Shown here in pieces: positions 16,984 through 25,986 of a DNA stretch of 64,000 nucleotides. The DNA lies in the NCBI GenBank assembly GCA_034408725.1, contig JAWXCN010000200.1, positions 2,871-66,870 on the forward strand. Reading direction: 5' to 3'. A program made the position numbers and the translations under genes. The notes beneath the pieces were generated by a model. It was not told the DNA's origin, did no database searches, and saw only the letters and a list, made by a program, of their open reading frames with translations. The stretch's first letter is position 1, and every line of letters starts with the position of its first letter. The stretch comes from Candidatus Hydrogenedentota bacterium. Its GTDB lineage: Bacteria > Hydrogenedentota > Hydrogenedentia > Hydrogenedentales > SLHB01.

Positions 16984-18669
16984 ATGGGCATTTCCGCTAT
17001 CCTTTTCCTAACCATGAATTCAAAATCCGCCACGCAATGGCTCGCCGCCATCACCACCTGCGATGCTGCATTGCTTCGCGCCCTCGCGCCAATCTATGGC
17101 GCTTCATCGGCCGTCTTGGCGCGACTCCCGTTGCTCCAACGCGTCGTGAGTGCCTTCCTCGATCGGTTCGGTGATCATGATGTGCGTATCATTCGTTGTC
17201 CGGGCCGAATCAACTTGCGCGGCATGCACGTCGATACCCACGGCGGCTATCTCAATTTAATGACGCACCAGCGCGAAACCGTGGTGGTTTTCACGTCCTC
17301 GAAAGACCCAACGAGCACGGTGGTGAACATAGAAACCGGATTCCCCGAGGTTCGTTGCGATCCAGCGCAATGGAATGCCGCGAAGAGAACGGCTTGGGCA
17401 GACTTCATCGCTCAAGCCGAGGTGCGCAACCGTGTGAATGCAAAAAGAGGGGATTGGTCAAACTATGTCGAAGGAGCCATTCTCCGCGCGCGACATCAAT
17501 GGCCAGCTCATCTACTCGGTGGTATACGCGCCGTTGCCGGGAGTGACATCCCGCGCGGGGCGTCGCTGAGTTCGTCCACGGCGCTTTCGCTTGCTGTATT
17601 CATGAGCGTTGCGGCATCGAACGGTCAAGCCGCCACACCCACTGAACTCATCACCATCGCGCAGGACATCGAATGGATCACAGGCGCGCGCGTAGGCGTC
17701 AGTGATCAAGTGGCCATGCTGTTTCCGCGAGCAAACGAGGTTTTTAACTTCGCGCCGCCCTTTGACCTGTCGAAAGCGCGTAAACAACCGTTCCCGGACG
17801 GTCTGCGCTTGCTCGTCATCAATTCACATACCGAACGCAACCTCAGCGGAGCGGATCAATTGCGCTATACCCGCAACCGGTTCGCATACTCGATCGCGCT
17901 TGAACTGCTGCGCAGCGAAATGTTGCGCGGCGGAGTAGCCGAGCCAATCGTGCGATCCATGTTGCGGCTCAGCGATTTCAATGCGGATGCCCTCGAACCT
18001 TTCGGAGGAAACTCCGCGGTGTACCATTGGCTTCAACAGATACCTGAATCGATTTCACTCGACGAACTTCGCGCACGATACAACATCAGAGCACTGGATG
18101 AAACCTACGGAACCTACTTTGGTCCACTTCCCGAATGTGACCGGCCAGACCAGTTTAATTTCCGCGGGCCATTGTTGTACGGGCTCGCCGAATCGGAGCG
18201 CGCCCGCGTGTTTATAGATGCCATTGCCACCGCCAATTTCACGAAAGCCGGACGACTCATGACCATCGGGCACGATGGAGACCGCATCGTTGACGCTTCG
18301 GGCAACCCCTGGTCTTATCCAGTGGACAACAACGCCGTCCAAGAGTTGTCGCGCCGGAACGTGCCAATCCATCAAGTGCCAGGCGCGTACGGAGCAAGCA
18401 GCCGCGCGCTGGATGCGCTCGTTGATTGCTCGATCGGCGCTGGCGCGCTTGGCGCGTCCCTTACCGGCGCGGGCATTGCCGGGGTCGTCCTGGCACTATG
18501 CCGCGCGCCAGACACGGAGCGGATTGTTGACGCGATTCATTCGTATATGGAAACTGTTGGGTCCGGGCGCCTGGCGCGCCGCCCCGCTCCGCTCACGCCA
18601 GACGAATTGAGAAGCAGCGTGGTTGTCAATCAACCGCCAGCAAGCGCATGCGAACTCGATCCGTTGTAG
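16984..18669 (+). CDS. GHMP kinase, galactokinase-like (unusually long)
   Basis: Galactokinase-signature-like RCPGRINLRGMHVDTHGGY and the GHMP ATP motif IPRGASLSSSTALSLAV. Start is uncertain. Confidence 0.6.
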   Translation: MGISAILFLTMNSKSATQWLAAITTCDAALLRALAPIYGASSAVLARLPLLQRVVSAFLDRFGDHDVRIIRCPGRINLRGMHVDTHGGYLNLMTHQRETVVVFTSSKDPTSTVVNIETGFPEVRCDPAQWNAAKRTAWADFIAQAEVRNRVNAKRGDWSNYVEGAILRARHQWPAHLLGGIRAVAGSDIPRGASLSSSTALSLAVFMSVAASNGQAATPTELITIAQDIEWITGARVGVSDQVAMLFPRANEVFNFAPPFDLSKARKQPFPDGLRLLVINSHTERNLSGADQLRYTRNRFAYSIALELLRSEMLRGGVAEPIVRSMLRLSDFNADALEPFGGNSAVYHWLQQIPESISLDELRARYNIRALDETYGTYFGPLPECDRPDQFNFRGPLLYGLAESERARVFIDAIATANFTKAGRLMTIGHDGDRIVDASGNPWSYPVDNNAVQELSRRNVPIHQVPGAYGASSRALDALVDCSIGAGALGASLTGAGIAGVVLALCRAPDTERIVDAIHSYMETVGSGRLARRPAPLTPDELRSSVVVNQPPASACELDPL

Positions 18670-18695
18670 CCAACGAAACTAAGAACCGGGACACA

Positions 18696-21600
18696 ATGAA
18701 CGTCACCATACGGGCCTTGATAGATTTTATCGCGAGCGCGGATACGCGCACGAATAAAAAAGCGGCCTACTACGCCCGGCAGGGGCGCGTAAAATCCATT
18801 GAAATTACCGACGACAGCCAGATTCTCGCTACGGTCCTGGGTTCCGGCAACAGGCTTTATGAAACGCTGTTGACTGTCACGCTTTCGCGATCGAAGAAAG
18901 TACACATCGATTCAGAATGCTCGTGCCCAGTGGGATTTTTCTGCAAGCACGCCGTCGCGGTGGCGATTGAGATTATTGATGGGTCGATGAACGCCGAGTT
19001 GACGGACGAATTCGCCGGCGAGCTGTCCGGCTTGCGGCCGGCGTCTACACGGGCTTCGCGTTACAAGCCCTGGTGGGAGAAATTTCTCGATGCGAAGACG
19101 GAAACCACGCGCCGCGAACAGCTCGTAAGCGGATTGGGGGAATCGTTTCCGCACTACGCGAGCTCGTGGCCCATTTATAGCGCGGCAGACGCATTGATCA
19201 AGAAATACTCGCCGATGGAAGTCCTGGATTTCGTCGAAGACACCGTGCGAAGTCTCTCCATGAGACTTCACGGCGCGCAGCCCATCAATCCAGGCTTTCT
19301 GGAGTATCTAAACGCTCCGGAGCGACGGGAGGCGAGCGAAACCGCGCGCCGCGCGCGTGACGACGCGGCGTTCTATCAGTGGTTGAATGGCGACGGCGCC
19401 AATTCGGTTGCAGGTCTGTCGCAGTTGCACGTCGAATGGCATACGGCGCAAGTGGGCACCGAGTTTTCCGTGTTCGCATGCCGGATATTGTTGAGCGGGA
19501 GTAAACTGGATCGCAGTCCGCGGCATCCGCAGGCGATTGAACAGCTTCAGCGTGAACTTGACTCTGGCGCGAGACGGCTTGCTCCCCTGGAGTCGTCTTT
19601 TTTGAATTGGCTTCTGCGCCAGCGCGATTTCGACGCCGTGCGCCGGAGGTCTCCCTTTGGCGATGAACGATTTGTCATTCCGATCCTCGAACCTATGCTC
19701 TGGCTGACGCGCTGGGCATCGTGCCCGTTTTTCTCCTGGCCCGATGGCTCTCGCGTGATCGTTTCGCCGCACGGCGCGACTATTTCCACCATGGCCACGT
19801 CCGGCGGAAAGCGCGTTTGGAGCATTGCGTTTACGCGGGAAAATGGCGCTCAAGAAGTGAGGCCATTGAAAGACGTCGAATTCATTGCGGATGCGGAGGA
19901 CCAGCATCTCTCGCAACGGGAGAATGCGATGTGTTTCGCGCTCGAAGGAAACGTGATATACCCAATTCGCGATAATGCGATGCCGCTACACATTCTCGCC
20001 GCGCTCCGTACGATGGAGGAAGTGCCGCTCGAACAATTGCGCGAAAAGGGGGTTGGCCCTGCCCTGATCGCCCGGATGCCGGCGCTTGCGGTGGATCCCT
20101 CGACAGTTGCCCAGATACCGGTAGTGCCGCGGGTCGAGCTTCGCCTTGGTCAAGATAATTTTCTCGCGGTCAACGTGAGCGCCGTAGCGGTAGACGGAAC
20201 GGCGTTTGCCTGGTCCCAGGATGGATTGTGGCGTCAGCGCAAAGGCGCCATAAGCGACGCTGGCGAGGCTATGGAAGAAATCGCCGCGACGAGTGAGCAG
20301 GAAAACGCAGAGGAAAAGACCGGACCAGAATTTGACCAACAGGCAATCGAAAACGCGTTATGCATTGTTCCGCGTCCGGAAGACGTAGCCCCAATCGAGA
20401 CATGGGTCCGCGCGCTATTCGCGGGACAATTCGGCGCGCTGAAAATTGCGGGCGCGGGAGAGTTCACGCGCCGCCTTTCCAACGCGGACCTCGCAAGAAT
20501 TAGCGCGCTCTGGCTTCAGCGGCCCAGTGGCGTCACCTATTTAGGGAACGACGTTTTCCGATCCGCGGTGACGCTCCGGCGGCCGCCGCGCATGCAACTC
20601 AAGGTCGAACCGAGTGGCACGGATTGGTTGCAGGTCAGCGTCGATATGGAACGGGATATCGAGCAGTTGTCGTGGAGTGAAGTCGAAGCTGCGCTGGATA
20701 GCCCTCATTCGGAACTGGTCGCACTTCCTGGAGGAAGATTGTATCGCCGATCCGAAATCGAGACGTACCGTAACCAACTGGAAACGCTCGCGAACCTGGG
20801 TATTGGCGCGGGCGATACCCAGCGCATACATGCCATGCAATTCGCGTCGCAGGCGCCTGGCGCCGTTGCGGAATTGACGGCCACCGCGGGCTTTCGCGAG
20901 TTGGGTGAGGCCCTGCGAGGGTTGCTTAAAAAATTCAAGGGCGTGCCGCGCGCCAAAGTCGCGAAAAAAACGTCGGGCCATCTCCGCCCCTACCAACGCA
21001 CCGGCACGGACTTTCTCGTGTGGGCCGCGCAGACTTTTGGCGGGGCGCTTCTGGCCGATGACATGGGCCTTGGCAAGACGCTTCAGGTGCTTGCCGCGTT
21101 GACCGCGTTGCGCGCAACTGCGGCGGAAAAACGTCCCTCGCTCGTGGTTTGCCCCGCGAGCGTGATGAGCAATTGGCAGCGCGAAGCGGAGCGTTTTGCG
21201 CCGTCGCTCCGGACGCTTGTGCTCGAACGGGGCAAAGGACGCCGTGACCAATATGACACGCTTGATGAATACGATTTGGTCATCAAAAATTTTGCATTGA
21301 CGCGCCGGGACGCCGACCTGTTGCGTGCACGCGAATGGTTGATGGTCTGTGTCGATGAGGCGCAGGCGATCAAGAATCCCGGCTCCGAAATTGCCCGCAC
21401 GGTAAAATCGTTGAACGCGGGCCATCGAATCGCGCTTACGGGCACGCCGATTGAAAACCGTCTGACTGACCTATGGTCGATCATCGATTTTGCGGTGCCG
21501 TCCTACCTGTCCGCGCAGCGCGTGTTCGAGGCGCGCGCAAAGTCCGGCAATGCCGCACAGCATGCACAGGCGTTGCGCGCGCGGCTTCGCCCTGTCGTGC

Positions 21601-22355
21601 TGCGGCGTCTCAAATCCGAAGTTGCCCCTGAACTGCCGCCGCGGATCGAAGAACGCCGCGAATGCGTCATGACCTCTGGGCAGCGCACGGCGTATCTCGC
21701 CGAAGTGAAGAAGACGCGCCTGTTGCTCGAAGGGACAAAGACGGACGCCATTAGCGGCAAAGAACGGTTCCAGGTCCTTGCCGCCCTCATGCGGCTGCGA
21801 CAGATTTGCTGCGACCCCGCGCTCATCGGTCTATCCGGGCTTGGTTCGGGCAAGGTCGATGAATTGATGGACTTGTTACCGCCATTGCTGGAAGCAGGAC
21901 AGAAAATACTGCTGTTTTCGCAATTTGTGAAAATGATTGAGCGCCTTGAACCGGAACTGCGCAGGCGCGGTATCAAGACGTTCAAACTGACGGGCGCTAC
22001 CACCAAGCGCCAGGCGCTTGTAGATGCGTTCGAAATGGACGCAGAACCGAGCGTATTTCTTATTTCGCTCAAAGCGGGCGGCACCGGTCTGAATCTCGTG
22101 TCCGCGTCGCATGTCGTATTGTTCGACCCGTGGTGGAACCCCGCGGTCGAGGCGCAGGCGATCGACCGCACGCACCGCATCGGGCAGGACAAGACAGTCG
22201 TGGCAGTGAGGCTCATCACGCAGGACACGATCGAGCAACGGATTGCGGAATTGCAGGAGCGGAAAAGCGCGATTGCGCGAGACGTGTTCAACGAGGATTC
22301 GTTCAACCGTCAATTGACGAGAAGCGATTTGGATTTCCTGCTTCAGTCTGACTAG
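18696..22355 (+). CDS. SNF2-family helicase with N-terminal SWIM zinc finger
   Basis: SWIM CSCPVGFFCKHAVAV. SNF2 motifs LADDMGLGKTLQ, DEAQAIKN, LTGTPIENRL, and a helicase C domain (LISLKAGGTGLNL, DPWWNPAVEAQAIDRTHRIGQ). Confidence 0.85.
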   Translation: MNVTIRALIDFIASADTRTNKKAAYYARQGRVKSIEITDDSQILATVLGSGNRLYETLLTVTLSRSKKVHIDSECSCPVGFFCKHAVAVAIEIIDGSMNAELTDEFAGELSGLRPASTRASRYKPWWEKFLDAKTETTRREQLVSGLGESFPHYASSWPIYSAADALIKKYSPMEVLDFVEDTVRSLSMRLHGAQPINPGFLEYLNAPERREASETARRARDDAAFYQWLNGDGANSVAGLSQLHVEWHTAQVGTEFSVFACRILLSGSKLDRSPRHPQAIEQLQRELDSGARRLAPLESSFLNWLLRQRDFDAVRRRSPFGDERFVIPILEPMLWLTRWASCPFFSWPDGSRVIVSPHGATISTMATSGGKRVWSIAFTRENGAQEVRPLKDVEFIADAEDQHLSQRENAMCFALEGNVIYPIRDNAMPLHILAALRTMEEVPLEQLREKGVGPALIARMPALAVDPSTVAQIPVVPRVELRLGQDNFLAVNVSAVAVDGTAFAWSQDGLWRQRKGAISDAGEAMEEIAATSEQENAEEKTGPEFDQQAIENALCIVPRPEDVAPIETWVRALFAGQFGALKIAGAGEFTRRLSNADLARISALWLQRPSGVTYLGNDVFRSAVTLRRPPRMQLKVEPSGTDWLQVSVDMERDIEQLSWSEVEAALDSPHSELVALPGGRLYRRSEIETYRNQLETLANLGIGAGDTQRIHAMQFASQAPGAVAELTATAGFRELGEALRGLLKKFKGVPRAKVAKKTSGHLRPYQRTGTDFLVWAAQTFGGALLADDMGLGKTLQVLAALTALRATAAEKRPSLVVCPASVMSNWQREAERFAPSLRTLVLERGKGRRDQYDTLDEYDLVIKNFALTRRDADLLRAREWLMVCVDEAQAIKNPGSEIARTVKSLNAGHRIALTGTPIENRLTDLWSIIDFAVPSYLSAQRVFEARAKSGNAAQHAQALRARLRPVVLRRLKSEVAPELPPRIEERRECVMTSGQRTAYLAEVKKTRLLLEGTKTDAISGKERFQVLAALMRLRQICCDPALIGLSGLGSGKVDELMDLLPPLLEAGQKILLFSQFVKMIERLEPELRRRGIKTFKLTGATTKRQALVDAFEMDAEPSVFLISLKAGGTGLNLVSASHVVLFDPWWNPAVEAQAIDRTHRIGQDKTVVAVRLITQDTIEQRIAELQERKSAIARDVFNEDSFNRQLTRSDLDFLLQSD

Positions 22356-22365
22356 CAAGGACGGG

Positions 22366-24147
22366 TTACTTTGCCACCTCGGCGAACTCATTATCATGTA
22401 CGTTACAGGTATCGATCCTGTTCTGATTCCGGTTGTTGAAATTCATCGGCGTTGGCACGTTGTATACGCGGTTATTGCGTACTTCGATGAACCCGCTACC
22501 TTCGTCGAGATAAATCCCGCCGGGCCACCCGGGGTTGTCGTGAATGTGGTTGCCTTCAATGATTGTGCCCGGCATATTACCCAGCGTATACACGCCGCCG
22601 CCATCGAGCCGCTTTTGCATCACGTGATGAATGTGGTTGTTCGCGATACGGTTATTGCGCGCGGGCGTAGGTTTTTCGTAGATAAACGGAATCGGGTACG
22701 TCGATCCGCCCGCATCTTCTTCCCCCCAACCCCAGCCAATGGAAATGCCGCTGTAAGGTAGATCGTAAATCTCGTTGCCCTCGATCACTGTACCTTCGGT
22801 GTATCCCGCGAAAATACCGACGCTGCCCTCGTATTCGACGCCGGCTTGATGAACCTTGCAGTTTTCGACGCGATTGTTTCGCACGATCATGTGATCGACG
22901 TTTGGGTGGTGTGATGACAGGTTCACGTCTCCGATCTGGATCGCACTGCCACTGATGTCCACAAATTCGCAATTTCGAATCACGGTGTTGGACGTACCAA
23001 ATCCGTGCGCCGTGGAGGGACCGCAGATGTCGACACCCGCGCCGCCCATCCGTGTGAACGTGCATCCGTCGAATTCGATATCCTGTGCGTCAACCAATCG
23101 AATCGCGCCGGTACTTTTCCGGTATTCGTTATGGACATTTACGAGAAACCCATCGCGTTCATAGATATTACTCTCTGTGATCGCGAAATTGGCCTGCATG
23201 TCCGCGAGCCCGTTGTTCAGCACTTCATCTGGTCCAGAATCCGCGAACGTAATCCCCTCGAACCGAATATGGTTTGGCCGCAAACGGGGGTCATTGTCCT
23301 CCTTGGTTTCCAGTAATACCGGTATTCGCGGGACAATCGTCTCCACCGTTTCAATGCTTTCGCCAGGCCGTGGAATGTAGTGGAGCGTGTCCCCGGATTC
23401 ATCGAAATACCATTCGCCTGGTTCGTCCAGCAACTCAATGGCGTTTTCGATAGACGCGGGCAATTTGGCCTGGACCCCTTCCTTGCGCGAGATCAACATA
23501 AACGTTGGCTGGTGCATGCGAATTCGTGTCGTACCGTTTTCGCCCGGCGTCATTGATTCCACGCGGCACGTCATGTGGGACCATGAATTGAAAAAGCCGA
23601 TTTCGATATCCGCGGGGTTGCGCCATTGCGCGAGCGCGGAATTCGATACAGCGAATCCGGCATCCGCATCGATAGTTTTCATGTCGCCGTAGTGCTCCGC
23701 ACCCTCGGGGAACGGTCCGCGCGCCCGCTGAGCGCGCACGCCGTTTACGAAGAGTTGGCGAAGCTGGGTTCGCGTATTTTCAACGCCAAGCGGCGATGCA
23801 ACGCTCCAGCGTCCCGCCGCGTCGGCTTTCCAACCGCTAACGCGCCTGCCCCCGCTGATCACCGGTTTTGCGCCTTCTGCCGCGCGAAAAACCACGAAGT
23901 GTCCATTCGCGCCACTGTGGCGCCCGGTCAAGGTAATCGGCGCATCCAGGTGATACGTGCCATCCGCAATTTCAACAATAAAGTCGGACTCCATGTCCAC
24001 AGCGCGCTCCGCGACCGCGTTCAACGCCTTCATCCACACACCGTGACCATCGACGTCTGGTGACACGGTGATCGGTTCCGCGATCCCGAATCGCACAATG
24101 AAAATGAAGCACATTGTGGCAGCGATGCGTCGCGACATTTCCGCCAT
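22366..24147 (-). CDS. Secreted right-handed parallel beta-helix repeat protein
   Basis: Signal-like N-terminus. Repeated beta-helix turns (NCEFVDISGSAIQIGD, NNRVENC, GNEIYDLPYSGISIG, NNHIHHV, GNHIHDN). Start is uncertain (24147 or 24198). Confidence 0.6.
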   Translation of the reverse strand: MAEMSRRIAATMCFIFIVRFGIAEPITVSPDVDGHGVWMKALNAVAERAVDMESDFIVEIADGTYHLDAPITLTGRHSGANGHFVVFRAAEGAKPVISGGRRVSGWKADAAGRWSVASPLGVENTRTQLRQLFVNGVRAQRARGPFPEGAEHYGDMKTIDADAGFAVSNSALAQWRNPADIEIGFFNSWSHMTCRVESMTPGENGTTRIRMHQPTFMLISRKEGVQAKLPASIENAIELLDEPGEWYFDESGDTLHYIPRPGESIETVETIVPRIPVLLETKEDNDPRLRPNHIRFEGITFADSGPDEVLNNGLADMQANFAITESNIYERDGFLVNVHNEYRKSTGAIRLVDAQDIEFDGCTFTRMGGAGVDICGPSTAHGFGTSNTVIRNCEFVDISGSAIQIGDVNLSSHHPNVDHMIVRNNRVENCKVHQAGVEYEGSVGIFAGYTEGTVIEGNEIYDLPYSGISIGWGWGEEDAGGSTYPIPFIYEKPTPARNNRIANNHIHHVMQKRLDGGGVYTLGNMPGTIIEGNHIHDNPGWPGGIYLDEGSGFIEVRNNRVYNVPTPMNFNNRNQNRIDTCNVHDNEFAEVAK

Positions 24148-24240
24148 CACAGAGCTCCACCCGCGATCATCGCCACAAGGCTGTGTTGGATAGTCCATAT
24201 CGTGTCACGATTCGACCGCAAATTCATTTGAAGAGTCTCC

Positions 24241-24265
24241 AAAAAAAGTGCTGTAACCCTTACAG
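24241..24265 (-). terminator. Weak rho-independent terminator candidate
   Basis: On the minus strand: CTGTAA-GGG-TTACAG, then CAC and seven T. The stem is only 6 bp and AT-rich. Confidence 0.3.
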
Positions 24266-24288
24266 GGTACCTTCATGTGACTATTGTA

Positions 24289-24347
24289 CCTGGGGTAGGT
24301 CCGCCGTAGTCACGCGCTTCGCGTGACTACGGCGGACCTACCCCAGG
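24289..24347. repeat. Perfect palindromic hairpin, 28-bp stem and 3-nt centre
   Basis: CCTGGGGTAGGTCCGCCGTAGTCACGCG (24289-24316), ctt, CGCGTGACTACGGCGGACCTACCCCAGG (24320-24347). The arms are exact reverse complements. Confidence 0.85.
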
Positions 24348-24490
24348 CTGCGCGCTGTAATCCCTTCGGGATATAAAGACGCGCACGATTGGTTTTGTTA
24401 GAGTTTTAAATCTAAAGTTTCATCTTTGTTGAAATAACTAAGTCTGCACTGGTCGACATCGAGACAGCGGGAGCGAACGCTATTCACGCA

Positions 24491-25957
24491 TCATCCAGGC
24501 GATTCAAGCCGGTCCTCGTTCAACAGAGCGCCATCCACGCTGTAGTGCCGCGCTACGAGCACCGGCTTTCCGTCCACGTGCTCGACCGTCATTGACATGA
24601 ATCCGCCGACGACGTTCAAATATTGATGCTCGGGGCGCAAGTCGTCCGGTTGCCATCCTCCCGCATGCGCGTCGCTCGCTGGGCCGCATGAGTATTCGCG
24701 AACACCGCGCGAGGGGTCGACTGAAACGTATTGCCAATGGCGGTCACCGCAAACGACCACCATGTTCTTTTGCGCGGCGATAAACGCGCGCAGCTCGTCG
24801 CCCTCGTATTTGAATCCGGCATTAGCGTGGTTGTCATTTTTATTGTCACGGTCCGGCCCAACCATCGGCGTTGGGCTGATCAACACGCGAAACGACGCAT
24901 CGGACTCAGCCACGGTTTTCTTGAACCACGCTTTCTGTTCCGCGCCCTAGATCGTTTTACCCGGGCCATCCGGCATATCATTTGGGCTGCGGAAGTCGCG
25001 TCCTTCGACAAGCCAAATTTGCAGGTCCTTACCCCACCGGAAAGTGCGGTATGTTTTTTCGCCCATTGGAACTTGCTCAAGAAACACCCGTTGACCCTGC
25101 TCAAACGTGAAGTCGCCCATGAACGGTGATTTCATACCCGGCCAGCTATCATCCATCCAGGTGTCGTGATCGTCTTTCATGAAGTAGCCCGGTATTTGAC
25201 GGTGAAACAAAACGTTCGTAGGCAAGCTGTACATGCACTGCCAATGCCACCGCGCCAACGGCAGCGTCTTCGCCAACGAGTCGTAATATAGAATGTCGCC
25301 GGTATGCACAAAAAAATCCGGTTTTAATCGCAGCATGGCCGGATAAATACGAAAACCGGTCAAGGCGTCGCGGTCGTTATATTCCTGGCCTGTGCTCACG
25401 GTGAACATCACACGGGCAGGCTTGTCAGCACTTGGCGCGGTCTTGAAACCGCCTGCGATTTCACTTGTGACGGCATCCCCGACAGCCGCCCGAGACTCGA
25501 CGCGGACGAGATATTGTGTGTTTGGACTGAGCGCGCCGAGTGAAAACTGCCTGGTGAAATCCTTTTCTACTTCGACCAAGCGCCAATCGGTCATCTGCCA
25601 ATCGTTGACGCCTTGAATCCGGTATGAGAGGCGGACATCGCCCGGCGCGCCCGCTGCCGCGCCTTGAATCGTATCGATGCTTGTGCCGTTTGGAAACTCG
25701 ACAATTGGCGAAGAAACCGACCTGGGTTTCGCGTCGAGATCAATTTCGCCGGTGACGGTGTCCCTGTATTTCACAACCGGCATGGGCGCGTCCGAGCCGA
25801 TGCGTTCAGGCAGGCGCGTGAGGCGCGTCCAAACGATCGCCGACGTGTCCGTTACCTCGCCGATCTTTATACCCGTGGCCTGGAACGGTCCGTCCGCGAG
25901 CGCGACGCCTACAAGCGTAACGATTACAAATCCAACGCAAGTGAAATTTCTACGCAT
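24491..25957 (-). pseudogene. PhoD-like alkaline phosphatase/metallophosphatase interrupted by one in-frame TAG
   Basis: ORFs 24947-25957 and 24491-24913 are in the same frame. Translation across the junction reads [33 protein letters not shown]. PhoD-type motifs are present (FVHTGDILYYD, DDHD, GDRHW). Signal peptide at the N-terminus. Confidence 0.7.
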
Positions 25958-25986
25958 TTTATTTTTTGCGCCCTTCTTGGGGCTAT

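Noticed and set aside
20541-21425. 294-aa minus-strand ORF (also 21503-22306 and 21876-22397)
   Set aside because: Antisense to the SNF2 helicase core, whose motifs are unambiguous on the plus strand.
24944-24946. In-frame TAG in the PhoD-like gene as pyrrolysine or programmed recoding
   Set aside because: No pyl genes or recoding signals are visible in the window, and it is a single isolated event. A nonsense mutation or base-call error is far more likely.
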